DNA of 64,000 nt, taken from assembly GCA_965220745.1 (NCBI GenBank), contig CBDCQT010000011.1, forward strand, positions 576,001 to 640,000, in the 5' to 3' direction. Positions 37,533-46,915 of the stretch are shown piece by piece. Both the position numbers and the translations under genes were made by a program. This DNA comes from Alphaproteobacteria bacterium (GTDB lineage Bacteria; Pseudomonadota; Alphaproteobacteria; UBA828). How positions within the stretch are numbered: the first letter of the stretch is position 1; each line of letters begins with the position of its first letter. A model generated the notes under the pieces. It saw only the letters and a list, made by a program, of their open reading frames with translations, was not told where the DNA came from and ran no database searches.

Positions 37533-37695
37533 TAAAAGGAAGGCCGGGTCCGAAGACCCGGCCAGTCTAACAGGGAGGCTTCACGTCTAGGAGACGTGGG
37601 ATCCGAGGATCCCCTTCAGGCCTTGCACCTGAAGACGACAAACCGGGGTGGGCACCCCGGCTAATCCTCGTCGCATGACGCACGCGTCATGCTGC
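37533..37695 (-). ncRNA. Candidate trans-acting sRNA (suhB/MmgR- or AbcR-like 3' module)
   Basis: Six consecutive perfect hairpins. An unpaired CCUCCCUGUUAGACU precedes a terminal GGCCGGGUC-UUCG-GACCCGGCC stem and a UUCCUUUUAU tail. 5' end inferred. Confidence 0.75.
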
Positions 37696-37750
37696 GGCGC
37701 AATATGTAATCGTGCCGAAACAAATGTGCTAGGGCATGGGAAGCAAACCA

Positions 37751-37771
37751 GCCATGCGTTTAGTTCATGGC
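37751..37771. promoter_or_regulatory. LysR-type binding box (T-N11-A)
   Basis: Perfect inverted repeat GCCATG-N9-CATGGC containing T-N11-A, about 65 nt upstream of the inferred sRNA 5' end. Confidence 0.65.
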
Positions 37772-37781
37772 TACGGGCGTA

Positions 37782-38672
37782 TCAGGAGCGCCACTTGGCC
37801 ACCTCGGAGAGCAGAAAGTCGCGGAAAACCCCGATTCTCTTGGAGTATCGCAACTCCTCGGCGTAGGTGAAGAAGGCTTCGAAAGGCGGACCCTGGAGAT
37901 CCGGCAGCACGCGCTGGAGCCGCTGGCTGCCCCAGGCCACGTAGTCAGGCAACGCGGCGATCCCGAGGCCGCTCTCCACGGCTTCGCGCATGCAATAAAT
38001 GTTGTTCGCTTCCAAAACGATGCGGCCGTCGGCCGTCGGATTGCCCGAAATGCCGATCAGCCAGTCCGGGTTGGCGATGGGGGTGAGCGGCCCCTGGCCA
38101 TAGATGATCAGGCGCTGGCGGGCGAGGTCGTCCACCGTCTCGATCGGCCCGAAGCGGGCCAGATAGTCCGGCGAGGCGTAGATGTACGAATAGACGGTCA
38201 TCAGGTGACGGCGGACGAGATCGGGCTCGGTCGGTTCGATCATGCGGATCGCCACGTCCGCCTCACGCATGGCGAGGTCCAGCAGGTTGTCCGAGGTCAG
38301 CAGGGTGATCTTGATCTCCGGATAAAGGCTGTTGAAGGCGGGAATCCGGGGTGTCAGCCAGACCGAGGCGAAGGAGACCGTCGTCGTGATCTTCAGTGGG
38401 CCAGAGGGCCGGTCGCGGGCGTCGGTGATCTGCGCCTCGGTCATCGCGAGCTTGGCCGAGACCTCGCGGACCGTGCGGTAGAGCGCCTCGCCCTGTTCGG
38501 TCAGTAGCAGGCCGCGCGAGTGGCGGTGGAACAGGACCGCGCCGAGGCTCTTTTCCAGCGCCGCGATCTGGCGGCTCACCGCCGACTGGCTGAGCTCCAG
38601 TATGTCGCCGGCGCGGGTGAAGCTGCCGTGCTCAGCGACCGTCTGGAATATTCGTAGCCGGTTCCAATCCAT
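37782..38672 (-). CDS. LysR-type regulator (LsrB/VtlR-like)
   Basis: MDWNRLRIF..VAEHGSFT.A...LSQSAVSRQI HTH, FHRHSRGL, DLAMREADVAIR. Directly downstream of trxB, as lsrB is in rhizobia. Confidence 0.9.
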   Translation of the reverse strand: MDWNRLRIFQTVAEHGSFTRAGDILELSQSAVSRQIAALEKSLGAVLFHRHSRGLLLTEQGEALYRTVREVSAKLAMTEAQITDARDRPSGPLKITTTVSFASVWLTPRIPAFNSLYPEIKITLLTSDNLLDLAMREADVAIRMIEPTEPDLVRRHLMTVYSYIYASPDYLARFGPIETVDDLARQRLIIYGQGPLTPIANPDWLIGISGNPTADGRIVLEANNIYCMREAVESGLGIAALPDYVAWGSQRLQRVLPDLQGPPFEAFFTYAEELRYSKRIGVFRDFLLSEVAKWRS

Positions 38673-38700
38673 GGCAGCGCCTCCGGCGCCGCGCCGGTGC

Positions 38701-39669
38701 TCACGCCGCGGCGGCGGCCTCCGGCGTCTCGGCCTCCGCGAGAAACTTCTCGGCCTCCAGCGCGCCCATGCAGCCGGTGCCGGCGGCAGTTACCGCTTGC
38801 CGAAACACCTTGTCCTGCACGTCGCCGGCGGCGAACACGCCCGGCACGTTGGTCTTCGTGCTGTCCGCCATCGTCTGAATGTAGCCCTCGTCGTCCATCG
38901 TAAGCTGGCCGGCGAAGAGTTCGGTGTTGGGCCGATGCCCGATGGCGATGAACACGCCCGCGAGCGGGATGCGCTGCACCGCATCGGTCTTGACGTGGCG
39001 CACCGCGATTCCCGTCACCGTCGGCGGCTCGCTCTCGCCCTCGATCTCGTTCAGCACGTGGTCCCACAGAACCTCGATCTTGTCGTTTCGGAACAGGCGG
39101 TCCTGCAGGATCTTTTCGGCCCTGAGCGCATCGCGGCGGTGGACGAGGGTGACCTTGCTCGCGTGGTTGGTGAGGTAGAGCGCCTCTTCGACGGCGGTGT
39201 TGCCGCCGCCGATCACCGCGACCTCCTTGCCGCGGAAGAAGAATCCGTCGCATGTCGCACAGGCCGATACGCCGAAGCCCATGAAGCGTTGCTCGCTCTC
39301 CAGGCCCAGCCACTTCGCCTGCGCGCCCGTGCAGATAATGACGGTGTCGCCGATGTAGACATCGCCGGAATCGCCGGTGCAGACAAAGGGCCGCTTGCTG
39401 AAGTCCACGGCGGTCACCATGTCGTGGACCAGCCGCGTGCCCACTGCCGCAGCCTGGCCCGCCATCTGCTCCATGAGCCACGGTCCCTGGATGATGTCGG
39501 CGAAGCCCGGATAGTTCTCGACATCGGTGGTGATGGTGAGTTGACCGCCGGGCTCGAGGCCCTGGACCATGATCGGCTCGAGGTTGGCGCGCGCGGCGTA
39601 GATCGCCGCTGAGTAGCCGGCAGGGCCGGAGCCAATGATCACGACCTTGCTGCGGTGGGTCGTCGCCAT
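38701..39669 (-). CDS. trxB: Thioredoxin reductase
   Basis: IIGSGPAG, GGQL, VENYPG, SACATCDG, GGGNTAVEEA, AAGDV. Confidence 0.97.
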   Translation of the reverse strand: MATTHRSKVVIIGSGPAGYSAAIYAARANLEPIMVQGLEPGGQLTITTDVENYPGFADIIQGPWLMEQMAGQAAAVGTRLVHDMVTAVDFSKRPFVCTGDSGDVYIGDTVIICTGAQAKWLGLESEQRFMGFGVSACATCDGFFFRGKEVAVIGGGNTAVEEALYLTNHASKVTLVHRRDALRAEKILQDRLFRNDKIEVLWDHVLNEIEGESEPPTVTGIAVRHVKTDAVQRIPLAGVFIAIGHRPNTELFAGQLTMDDEGYIQTMADSTKTNVPGVFAAGDVQDKVFRQAVTAAGTGCMGALEAEKFLAEAETPEAAAAA

Positions 39670-39719
39670 GCGCGTCTCCCGTCAAGGCCGGCGCGGGCGC
39701 CGGCAGCAAGAGTGACAAA

Positions 39720-39748
39720 CATAGGGGCGGCCACGGCGCCCGTTCAAG
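39720..39748 (-). promoter_or_regulatory. Putative RpoH (sigma32) promoter of trxB-lysR
   Basis: CTTGAA-N15-CCCCTATG on the minus strand. Confidence 0.6.
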
Positions 39749-39815
39749 GGTTGGCCCTGCATGTGGACCGATTCTCGACCCGGTGGCGCCCGAGAGCCGC
39801 GTGCCCGCCCGCCCG

Positions 39816-40742
39816 TCACCCGCTGCGCGCGAAGCTCTCGCGCCGCGTCATCACCGGCACCGCGAGTGCTGCGATGACCAGACCGAGTGCGCTGAACTCG
39901 CTCCAGCCCAGCGGCTCGCCCAGGATCAGGGCTCCACTGAAAAGCCCCACCATCGGGATTCCCAGGGTGCCCACGGTCGCCACCCCGGTCGGGAACATCC
40001 GCACGATCTCATAGTAGATGTAGTAGCAGATCACGAACGGCGCGAAGACGTTGTAAATCACCGAAACCAGCGGCCAAAGCGACGGGAATTGCACCGTGTC
40101 GGCGTCCACCACGGCCGCTGCCACGAAGATCGGCAAGCCGCAGATCAGGCATTGCCAGCCGACCAGCACCCACATGGAGACTTGCCAATCGGTGCGCTTG
40201 AGCGCGACAGTGCCGCAGGCCCAGCCGACGGCGCCCACCAGCACCAGGAGCGGCCCCAGTGGTGCGGCGCTGAGGGTCTGGGCGTCGGTCGCGATCAACA
40301 CCCCCAACCCGGCAGAGCCCAGCGCGAGCGCGCTCAGTCGCCGCCAGCCCGGTCGCTCGCCGAGCACGAAATAGCCCACCGGGACGGTCCAGATCGGCAT
40401 CGTGTAGGCGATGATCGAGGCACGGCCGGAGGTCGTGTAGACGAGGCCGAATCCGGTCGCGAGGTGCCAGACGGTGATGTTGAAGAACCCGGTGATCAGG
40501 AGCGGCCGCCACTGCCGGCGCGGCACTTTGATCGAGCGACCGATCGCGCAGTGGAGGGCAATGATGACCAGGCCTGCGAAGAAGAGGCAGGTTCCGCGGA
40601 AGGTGAGGACCGGCAGCTCATTGAGCGCGAGCTTGAGCATCGGCCAGTTGACGCCCCACAGCAGCGTCAGCGCTGCCAGAAGAACGAAGCCCCGGCGCGG
40701 TAGCGGCTCGGTGCTGCCGGGGGAGGTCGCCGCGTCCGTCAT
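39816..40742 (-). CDS. EamA/DMT family transporter
   Basis: About 10 TM segments; LWGVNW, AYTMPIW, LGE repeated twice. Confidence 0.9.
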   Translation of the reverse strand: MTDAATSPGSTEPLPRRGFVLLAALTLLWGVNWPMLKLALNELPVLTFRGTCLFFAGLVIIALHCAIGRSIKVPRRQWRPLLITGFFNITVWHLATGFGLVYTTSGRASIIAYTMPIWTVPVGYFVLGERPGWRRLSALALGSAGLGVLIATDAQTLSAAPLGPLLVLVGAVGWACGTVALKRTDWQVSMWVLVGWQCLICGLPIFVAAAVVDADTVQFPSLWPLVSVIYNVFAPFVICYYIYYEIVRMFPTGVATVGTLGIPMVGLFSGALILGEPLGWSEFSALGLVIAALAVPVMTRRESFARSG

Positions 40743-41215
40743 CGGCGAGAGCGGTCGCGGGTGCGGCCGAGCGTGCTCCGGAAGCGGCCACTTGAGCCAT
40801 ATCCCAGGCCAGCCAGAGGCGGACGGGCGCGGTCGGCCCGTGATGCTGTTGCATCGGTCACGTCAGCCCCTGTCCTCTTCTCCCGGCTCGAAAGGTCCGG
40901 GGATGCGCCCGCTGTCCCGTTGCGGCCATCATCCCGTTCCGGTCGGCCGGCCTCAAGGGCGGCGCTTCGACAGGCACAGTCGTGCGTCGCAGAGTAGATA
41001 CCGACAAGCACCTTTCACGTTATCGCTATAACGTATAGCGCAACCGAATAAGCATAGCCGCCCCAACTCTTTTTCTTGTTCGTGGCCATTTTGGTGCCTA
41101 GACTGCCGTCCCGACGCGCGCTTGGCGGGCGGGCGATAATCGCGGACCCCCGTAGCATCTGCGAGTTGTTCGTGGCGGGCGCGTGCGGCAACCATAAGTC
41201 AGACTGGAGGACGGG

Positions 41216-42247
41216 ATGAGCTTCAAGAAGATCGCCGGCGCCATTGCGGTGGCCGGCGCGCTGGTGGCCGCGGGCGCGGTTCCGGGCCAGGCAGCGACAC
41301 TCGACGACGTGAAGGCCGCAGGCACGCTCAAGTGCGGCATCAACACCGGCCTGCCGGGGTTCGCCTACACCGATGACGCGGGCAATTGGACCGGCTTCGA
41401 CGTGGCTTATTGCCGGGCGATGGCTGCCGCCGTTCTGGGCGACGCCAACGCAATTTCCTTCGTCAACCTGACCGGCAAGACCCGCTTCCCGGCGCTGGCA
41501 TCGGGCGAGATCGACGTGTTGTCGCGCAACACGACCTGGACCTATTCGCGCGATGTCGACCTCGGCTTCACCTTCGTCGGCGTCAACTACTATGACGGCC
41601 AGGGCTTCATCGGCCGCACGGCGCTCGGTATCAGCAGCGCCACCGAGCTCGACGGCGCCTCGGTCTGCATCCAGACCGGCACGACTACCGAGCTCAACCT
41701 CGCGGACTTCTTCCGCGTCAACGGCATCACTTACGAGCCGGTGCCGATCGAGACCAACGCAGAGGCCCGCGCGGCTTACGAGGCGGAGCGTTGCGACGTC
41801 TACACGACGGACGCGTCCGGTCTGGCGGCAACGAAGACGACCTTCGACGATCCGAGCGCGCACATGGTGTTCCCGGAGATCGTCTCGAAGGAGCCGCTGG
41901 GTCCGTTGGTGCGCCAGGGCGACGACCAGTGGGCGGACATCGCGCGCTGGACGCTGAACGCGCTGATCACGGCCGAGGAGCTCGGCGTGACCCAGGCGAA
42001 TGTCGAGGAGATGGCCGCAGCCGCTGGCGATCATCCTGAGATCAACCGGATGCTCGGCACGGAGGGCTCTCTCGGCGAGATGCTGGGCCTCGATGCGCAG
42101 TGGGCGGTTCGGGCGATCGCGGCGGAAGGTAACTACGCCGAGATCTTCGACCGCTATATCGGCCCCGACAGCCCGCTCGGACTGGGGCGTGGCCTGAATG
42201 CGCTGTACACGGATGGCGGCATCCTCTATTCGCCTCCGTTCCGTTAG
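41216..42247 (+). CDS. aapJ: General L-amino acid ABC transporter substrate-binding protein (AapJ/BztA)
   Basis: Signal peptide, LKCG, GFDV.YCRA, LSRNTTWT, YYDGQGF, GTTTE, SKEPLGP, YSPPFR. Confidence 0.95.
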   Translation: MSFKKIAGAIAVAGALVAAGAVPGQAATLDDVKAAGTLKCGINTGLPGFAYTDDAGNWTGFDVAYCRAMAAAVLGDANAISFVNLTGKTRFPALASGEIDVLSRNTTWTYSRDVDLGFTFVGVNYYDGQGFIGRTALGISSATELDGASVCIQTGTTTELNLADFFRVNGITYEPVPIETNAEARAAYEAERCDVYTTDASGLAATKTTFDDPSAHMVFPEIVSKEPLGPLVRQGDDQWADIARWTLNALITAEELGVTQANVEEMAAAAGDHPEINRMLGTEGSLGEMLGLDAQWAVRAIAAEGNYAEIFDRYIGPDSPLGLGRGLNALYTDGGILYSPPFR

Positions 42248-42258
42248 AATCAACGATG

Positions 42259-42300
42259 TCACCGTCCCGCCCGCGCGACCGGGCGGGACGGTGATTCTTT
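42259..42300 (+). terminator. Stem-loop/terminator after aapJ
   Basis: Perfect 15-bp stem TCACCGTCCCGCCCG / CGGGCGGGACGGTGA followed by TTCTTT. Confidence 0.8.
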
Positions 42301-42363
42301 CTGATCAGTGCTTATTTGAGACAAGAGAGATTGTTCCGTTGACGTGAGGAGGGCGCCGCCACC

Positions 42364-43554
42364 GTGAGCGAGAGACCGGCGCCTCCACGCGGCGGCGGCT
42401 TCGACATAAGCCGCGCCTGGACCGACGAGCGCGCCCGCGGCGTCATCTTTCAAATTCTGATCGTGCTCGGGGTGGCAGGCCTTGCCGCCTTCATCGTTAT
42501 CAACACGATCACGAACCTTAGAGAAGCCGGCCTCTCCTCCGGCTACGGCTTCCTCTTCGACACCGCCAACTTCGATATCAACCAGCGCCTCCTCGATTAC
42601 GCGTCGACCTCGACCTATGGGCAGGCATTCGTGGTCGGTGCGCTCAACACGATCCTCGTCGCCGTGATGGGCATCATCGCTGCGACGGTCATCGGCTTCG
42701 TCACGGGCGTCCTCAGGTTGTCCAACAACTTCCTGGTGAGCCGCATCGTTGGGGTTTGGGTCGAGTTCACCCGCAACGTCCCGGTCCTGCTGCAGATCAT
42801 CTTCTGGTGGCTGATCATGCTGGCGCTGCCCAGGGTGAAGGACAGCATTTCGATCGGCGATGCAGCCTTTCTGAACAATCGCGGCATCTTCCTGCCCTCG
42901 CCCATCTTCGAGGACGGCTCGGCGATCGTGCTGGCGATGATCCTGATCGGTGTGATCGGGGCGGTCCTGGTCGGGCGCTGGGCCAGGAAACGCCAGGAGG
43001 CGACGGGCCGCACCTTCCCGGTCGGCTGGGTCGGGCTCGGGCTGATCGTGGGCATCCCCGTGATCGTCTATGTCGCCCTCGGCCAGCCGCTCGATTTCGA
43101 CATCCCGGAGAAGAAGCGCTTCAATTTGAAGGGCGGCTTCAACATCACGCCGGAGCTGATAGCACTCTGGCTGGCGCTCTCCACCTATACCGGCGCCTTC
43201 ATCTCCGAGATCGTGCGCGGCGGCATTCTCTCGGTCTCCAAGGGTCAGACCGAGGCGGCCGGCGCGCTCGGGCTGAGGCGCGGGCTGACCATGCGCAAGA
43301 TCATCCTGCCGCAGGCGCTGCGGGTGATCATCCCGCCGATGACCAGCCAGTATCTCAACCTGACCAAGAACTCCTCGCTCGCTGTCGCCATCGGCTACCA
43401 GGATATCGTCTCCATCGGCGATACCATCCTCAACCAGAGCGGACAGGCGCTCGAGGTGATCTCCCTCTACATGGCGTTCTATCTGGTGTTGAGTCTGCTC
43501 ACCTCCGCCTTCATGAACTGGTACAACAAGCGCATCGCCCTGGTGGAACGATGA
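42364..43554 (+). CDS. aapQ: Amino acid ABC permease (AapQ/BztB)
   Basis: EFTRNVP, EIVRGGI..V.KGQTEA, QYLNLTKNSSLA. Confidence 0.93.
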   Translation: MSERPAPPRGGGFDISRAWTDERARGVIFQILIVLGVAGLAAFIVINTITNLREAGLSSGYGFLFDTANFDINQRLLDYASTSTYGQAFVVGALNTILVAVMGIIAATVIGFVTGVLRLSNNFLVSRIVGVWVEFTRNVPVLLQIIFWWLIMLALPRVKDSISIGDAAFLNNRGIFLPSPIFEDGSAIVLAMILIGVIGAVLVGRWARKRQEATGRTFPVGWVGLGLIVGIPVIVYVALGQPLDFDIPEKKRFNLKGGFNITPELIALWLALSTYTGAFISEIVRGGILSVSKGQTEAAGALGLRRGLTMRKIILPQALRVIIPPMTSQYLNLTKNSSLAVAIGYQDIVSIGDTILNQSGQALEVISLYMAFYLVLSLLTSAFMNWYNKRIALVER

Positions 43555-44663
43555 AGACGCACGCCTTCCACCGCAGCCGGGCGGAGATGCTGCCTGAGCG
43601 GCCGGCGCCGATCACCACCACAGGCGTGATTGGCTGGCTGCGGACCAACCTCTTCTCCAGCTATCTGAGTGCGGCGCTGACGCTAGGCTCGATCGCCGTG
43701 CTCGCGCTGATCGTACCGGGCCTGATCGAATGGGCTTTCATCGATGCAACGCTTACGGGCGAGATCGGCAAGGACTGTCCCAGCGAGGGTGCGTGCTGGG
43801 CTTGGCTCGACCAGCGCATCACTCAGTTCTTCTACGGCTTCTACCCGGCCGATGCCTATTGGCGGGTGAACATCTGCATCGCCCTGCTGGTACCGGCGCT
43901 CGCCTATATGCTGTTCGACAAGCTGCCGTATTCCCGCTACGGGCGCTGGTTCTCGCTCGCCTATCCGGTAATCGCCGCGATCCTGCTGGTCGGCGGTCTC
44001 GGCCTCGAAGTCGTGCGGACCGATCAGTTCGGCGGCTTCATGCTCAATCTTATCGCCGGACTCGTCGGCATCGTGCTCTCCCTGCCCATCGGCATCCTGC
44101 TGGCGCTGGGCCGGCGCTCGCGCATGCCGATCGTCCGGATGTTCTCGGTCGGGTTCATCGAGTTCATCCGCGGCGTGCCGCTGATCACGCTGCTCTTCGT
44201 CGCGATCATCCTGCTGCCGCTTTTCCTGCCGCCGCAGGTTACGCTCGACCAGTTGATCCGCGTGATGATCATCATCACGGTGTTCGCCTCCGCCTACATG
44301 GCCGAGGTGATCCGCGGCGGACTGCAGGCGATCCCGCAAGGGCAGTACGAGGCCGGTCAGGCGATGGGGCTCGGCTACTGGCAGTCGATGCGCCTGATCA
44401 TCCTGCCGCAGGCGCTCAAGATCTCGATCCCGGGCATCGTCAACACCTTCATCGGGCTCTTCAAGGACACCACGCTGGTCATCATCATCGGCCTGTTCGA
44501 CATCCTGGGCCAGGCGCGTCTCCTCCAGACCAACCCGGACTGGCTGGGCAAGGTCGATTACGAGACCTTCCTGCTGGCGGCGCTGTTCTTCTTCGTGATC
44601 TGCTTCAGCATGTCGCGCTACTCGCTCAATCTCGAGAAGCGTCTGGACACCACGAGACGCTAG
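43551..44663 (+). CDS. aapM: Amino acid ABC permease (AapM/BztC)
   Basis: WLRTNLFS, GACW, EFIRGVPLI, EVIRGGLQ, FKDTTLV. ATGA overlap with aapQ. Confidence 0.93.
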   Translation: MKTHAFHRSRAEMLPERPAPITTTGVIGWLRTNLFSSYLSAALTLGSIAVLALIVPGLIEWAFIDATLTGEIGKDCPSEGACWAWLDQRITQFFYGFYPADAYWRVNICIALLVPALAYMLFDKLPYSRYGRWFSLAYPVIAAILLVGGLGLEVVRTDQFGGFMLNLIAGLVGIVLSLPIGILLALGRRSRMPIVRMFSVGFIEFIRGVPLITLLFVAIILLPLFLPPQVTLDQLIRVMIIITVFASAYMAEVIRGGLQAIPQGQYEAGQAMGLGYWQSMRLIILPQALKISIPGIVNTFIGLFKDTTLVIIIGLFDILGQARLLQTNPDWLGKVDYETFLLAALFFFVICFSMSRYSLNLEKRLDTTRR

Positions 44664-44672
44664 GGAGGCACC

Positions 44673-45437
44673 ATGGCGGAGGCAGAAGCCGCGCCCGGCG
44701 GCGCCGAAGACCCGATCATCGAAATCACCGGCCTCAACAAGTGGTTCGGCCAGTTCCACGTGCTGCGCGACATCGATCTCATGGTTGAGCGACGGGAGCG
44801 CATCGTCATCTGCGGGCCGTCGGGATCGGGCAAGTCGACGCTGATCCGCTGCATCAACAGGCTGGAGGAGCATCAGGAAGGCAAGGTCGTCGTCGACGGC
44901 GTCGAGCTCACCCACAATCTAAAGAACATCGATGCCATTCGCCGCGAAGTCGGCATGGTCTTCCAGCAGTTCAACCTGTTCCCGCATCTCACGGTGCTGG
45001 AGAACTGCACGCTGGCCCCGATCTGGGTGCGCAAGATGCCGAAGGCCGAGGCCCAGCAGTCCGCGATGGAGTACCTGGAGCGGGTCAAGATCCCTGAGCA
45101 GGCCTTGAAATATCCCGGCCAGCTCTCCGGCGGCCAGCAGCAGCGCGTGGCGATCGCCCGCTCCCTCTGCATGAAGCCCAACATCATGCTGTTCGACGAG
45201 CCCACTTCGGCCCTCGATCCGGAGATGATCAAGGAGGTGCTGGAGGTCATGGTCGACCTTGCCGAGAGCGGCATGACCATGCTCGTCGTCACCCATGAGA
45301 TGGGCTTCGCCTCGCAGGTCGCCAACCGCGTCATCTTCATGGACGAGGGCCAGATCGTCGAGCAGAACACGCCGGAAGAGTTTTTCAACAATCCGCAATC
45401 CGACCGGACCAAGCTGTTCCTGAGCCAGATTCTGTAG
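44673..45437 (+). CDS. aapP: Amino acid ABC ATP-binding protein (AapP/BztD)
   Basis: [25 protein letters not shown]. Confidence 0.95.
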   Translation: MAEAEAAPGGAEDPIIEITGLNKWFGQFHVLRDIDLMVERRERIVICGPSGSGKSTLIRCINRLEEHQEGKVVVDGVELTHNLKNIDAIRREVGMVFQQFNLFPHLTVLENCTLAPIWVRKMPKAEAQQSAMEYLERVKIPEQALKYPGQLSGGQQQRVAIARSLCMKPNIMLFDEPTSALDPEMIKEVLEVMVDLAESGMTMLVVTHEMGFASQVANRVIFMDEGQIVEQNTPEEFFNNPQSDRTKLFLSQIL

Positions 45438-45463
45438 GGCCTGCGGCGGGCGTGCAGCCTGTC

Positions 45464-46915
45464 TCAGCCGCCGTCCGCCTTGCCTTCGCCAACGTCGAAA
45501 CGCGCAGGCGCGGGGCTCACCACGCGGGTCTTGCCGCCGCCCGCGACCTCGAAGACGGCGAGGCCCCGTTCCGCGATCCCCTCGTCGTCGAAGCGAAAAA
45601 GACCGTCCGCGCCCACGAATCCGCCGCGGTTGCCGATGGCCTGCGGGTCGAACGAGGCGCCTGCTCGTGCGAGAGCCGCGGCCAGCGCGGTCGCGTCATA
45701 GGCGACGGTAGCGATTGCTCCCGGTGGCGCGCCGAAGACTCGGCGGTAGCGTTCCTCGAAATTTCGCCGTGCGGCCGGGTCAGGACCCGCAAACCAGCCG
45801 CCTGCAAGCGCCGGCTCGCCGAGCGTGGCCGCATCCTCCCAGAGGCCCGTCCCCAGAACGCGGACTTCGGTGGGGTCGATGTCGTAGTAGGGGAGTAGCG
45901 GCGCGACCTGCCGCAACCGAGCGCCGCCATCGGCCAGCAGCAGCGCGTCGAAGGGCAGCTCGCCCAGCGTGTCGAGGGTCTCAAGCCGCTTCAGGCGGCG
46001 GCGCGCGGCGGCATCGCCCTGGCGGGCGAGCGTCCGCCGCTCGTGTTCCAGGGCCCGGGCGCGCCGGTCGTACTCGGCGAGGTCACTCACGACGTCTGCT
46101 GCGTCCGACGCATCCGCCGCGTAATTGCGGACTCTTGCGAGCGACAGTCCGTTGAGCGCTGCCGCCGTCCAGGCTTCGTCCGCCACTGTCGCGCCATAGC
46201 GCGTCTCGGGCGCCAGCAGGGCGATCCGTCGGTGGCCCTTCGCCGCCGCGTGGGCGAAGACCCGCCTGATCTGCGCGCGCGGTGTATGGCCGAGCAGATA
46301 GACGCCCTCGCTTGCGGCCGTTCGATCGGTGGAGAAGGCGACCACGGTTACCCCATGCGCTCGTGCGTGGGAGGCGACGGCGTTCACGCCCTCGGCAAAC
46401 AGTGGTCCGAGGATCAGGTCGACGCCCTCTTCGAGGAGCGCAAGCGCGGCCCGCTCCGCACCCGGCGCCGTGCCTCCCGTATCGCGCGGCAGCAGCAAGA
46501 AGCGCTCATCGGCCGTGTCAAAAAGCGCGAGCTGCGCCGCGTGCAGAAGGGTCCCACCTTCCGACGCATAGCGGCCGGAGAGCGGTAGCAGCAGACCCAC
46601 CCTGGCGGCGCGTGCTGTCTCCTCGGGTGCCGTAGCTGCGCTGTCCTTGTCCTCAGCAGGCTCGCCCGCAGTCGATTCATCGGTGGGGAGGGCGGCGAGC
46701 GTCTCGGCCCGCTCATCGATTGGAGGGGTCAAGGACTCGGGTGCCGCGGTCTCCCCTTCGGCCGCCGAGCGAGGCGGCGGCTGGTCCTCGGGCGACGGCG
46801 GCGGTACGCTCGGCGCGGCGCATGCGCCTGCCAGAAGGGCCAGCAGCAGGGCGACGCCTGCCGGTCCGATCCGCCGGCGCCGATTGGCTGCGGGGAGGCT
46901 ACGAGGTCGATCCAT
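45464..46915 (-). CDS. Penicillin-binding protein activator-like lipoprotein (LpoA/LppC family)
   Basis: Lipobox LAGAC, VGLLLPLSG, DLILGPLF, LGTGLW, AYDA, GLFRF..G..ERGL. Divergent from rsmI; start uncertain. Confidence 0.85.
   Translation of the reverse strand: MDRPRSLPAANRRRRIGPAGVALLLALLAGACAAPSVPPPSPEDQPPPRSAAEGETAAPESLTPPIDERAETLAALPTDESTAGEPAEDKDSAATAPEETARAARVGLLLPLSGRYASEGGTLLHAAQLALFDTADERFLLLPRDTGGTAPGAERAALALLEEGVDLILGPLFAEGVNAVASHARAHGVTVVAFSTDRTAASEGVYLLGHTPRAQIRRVFAHAAAKGHRRIALLAPETRYGATVADEAWTAAALNGLSLARVRNYAADASDAADVVSDLAEYDRRARALEHERRTLARQGDAAARRRLKRLETLDTLGELPFDALLLADGGARLRQVAPLLPYYDIDPTEVRVLGTGLWEDAATLGEPALAGGWFAGPDPAARRNFEERYRRVFGAPPGAIATVAYDATALAAALARAGASFDPQAIGNRGGFVGADGLFRFDDEGIAERGLAVFEVAGGGKTRVVSPAPARFDVGEGKADGG

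Noticed and set aside
37542-37692. Hairpin series considered as a CRISPR or REP array
   Set aside because: The hairpins differ in sequence, there is no repeat-spacer periodicity and no cas genes. An sRNA fits better.
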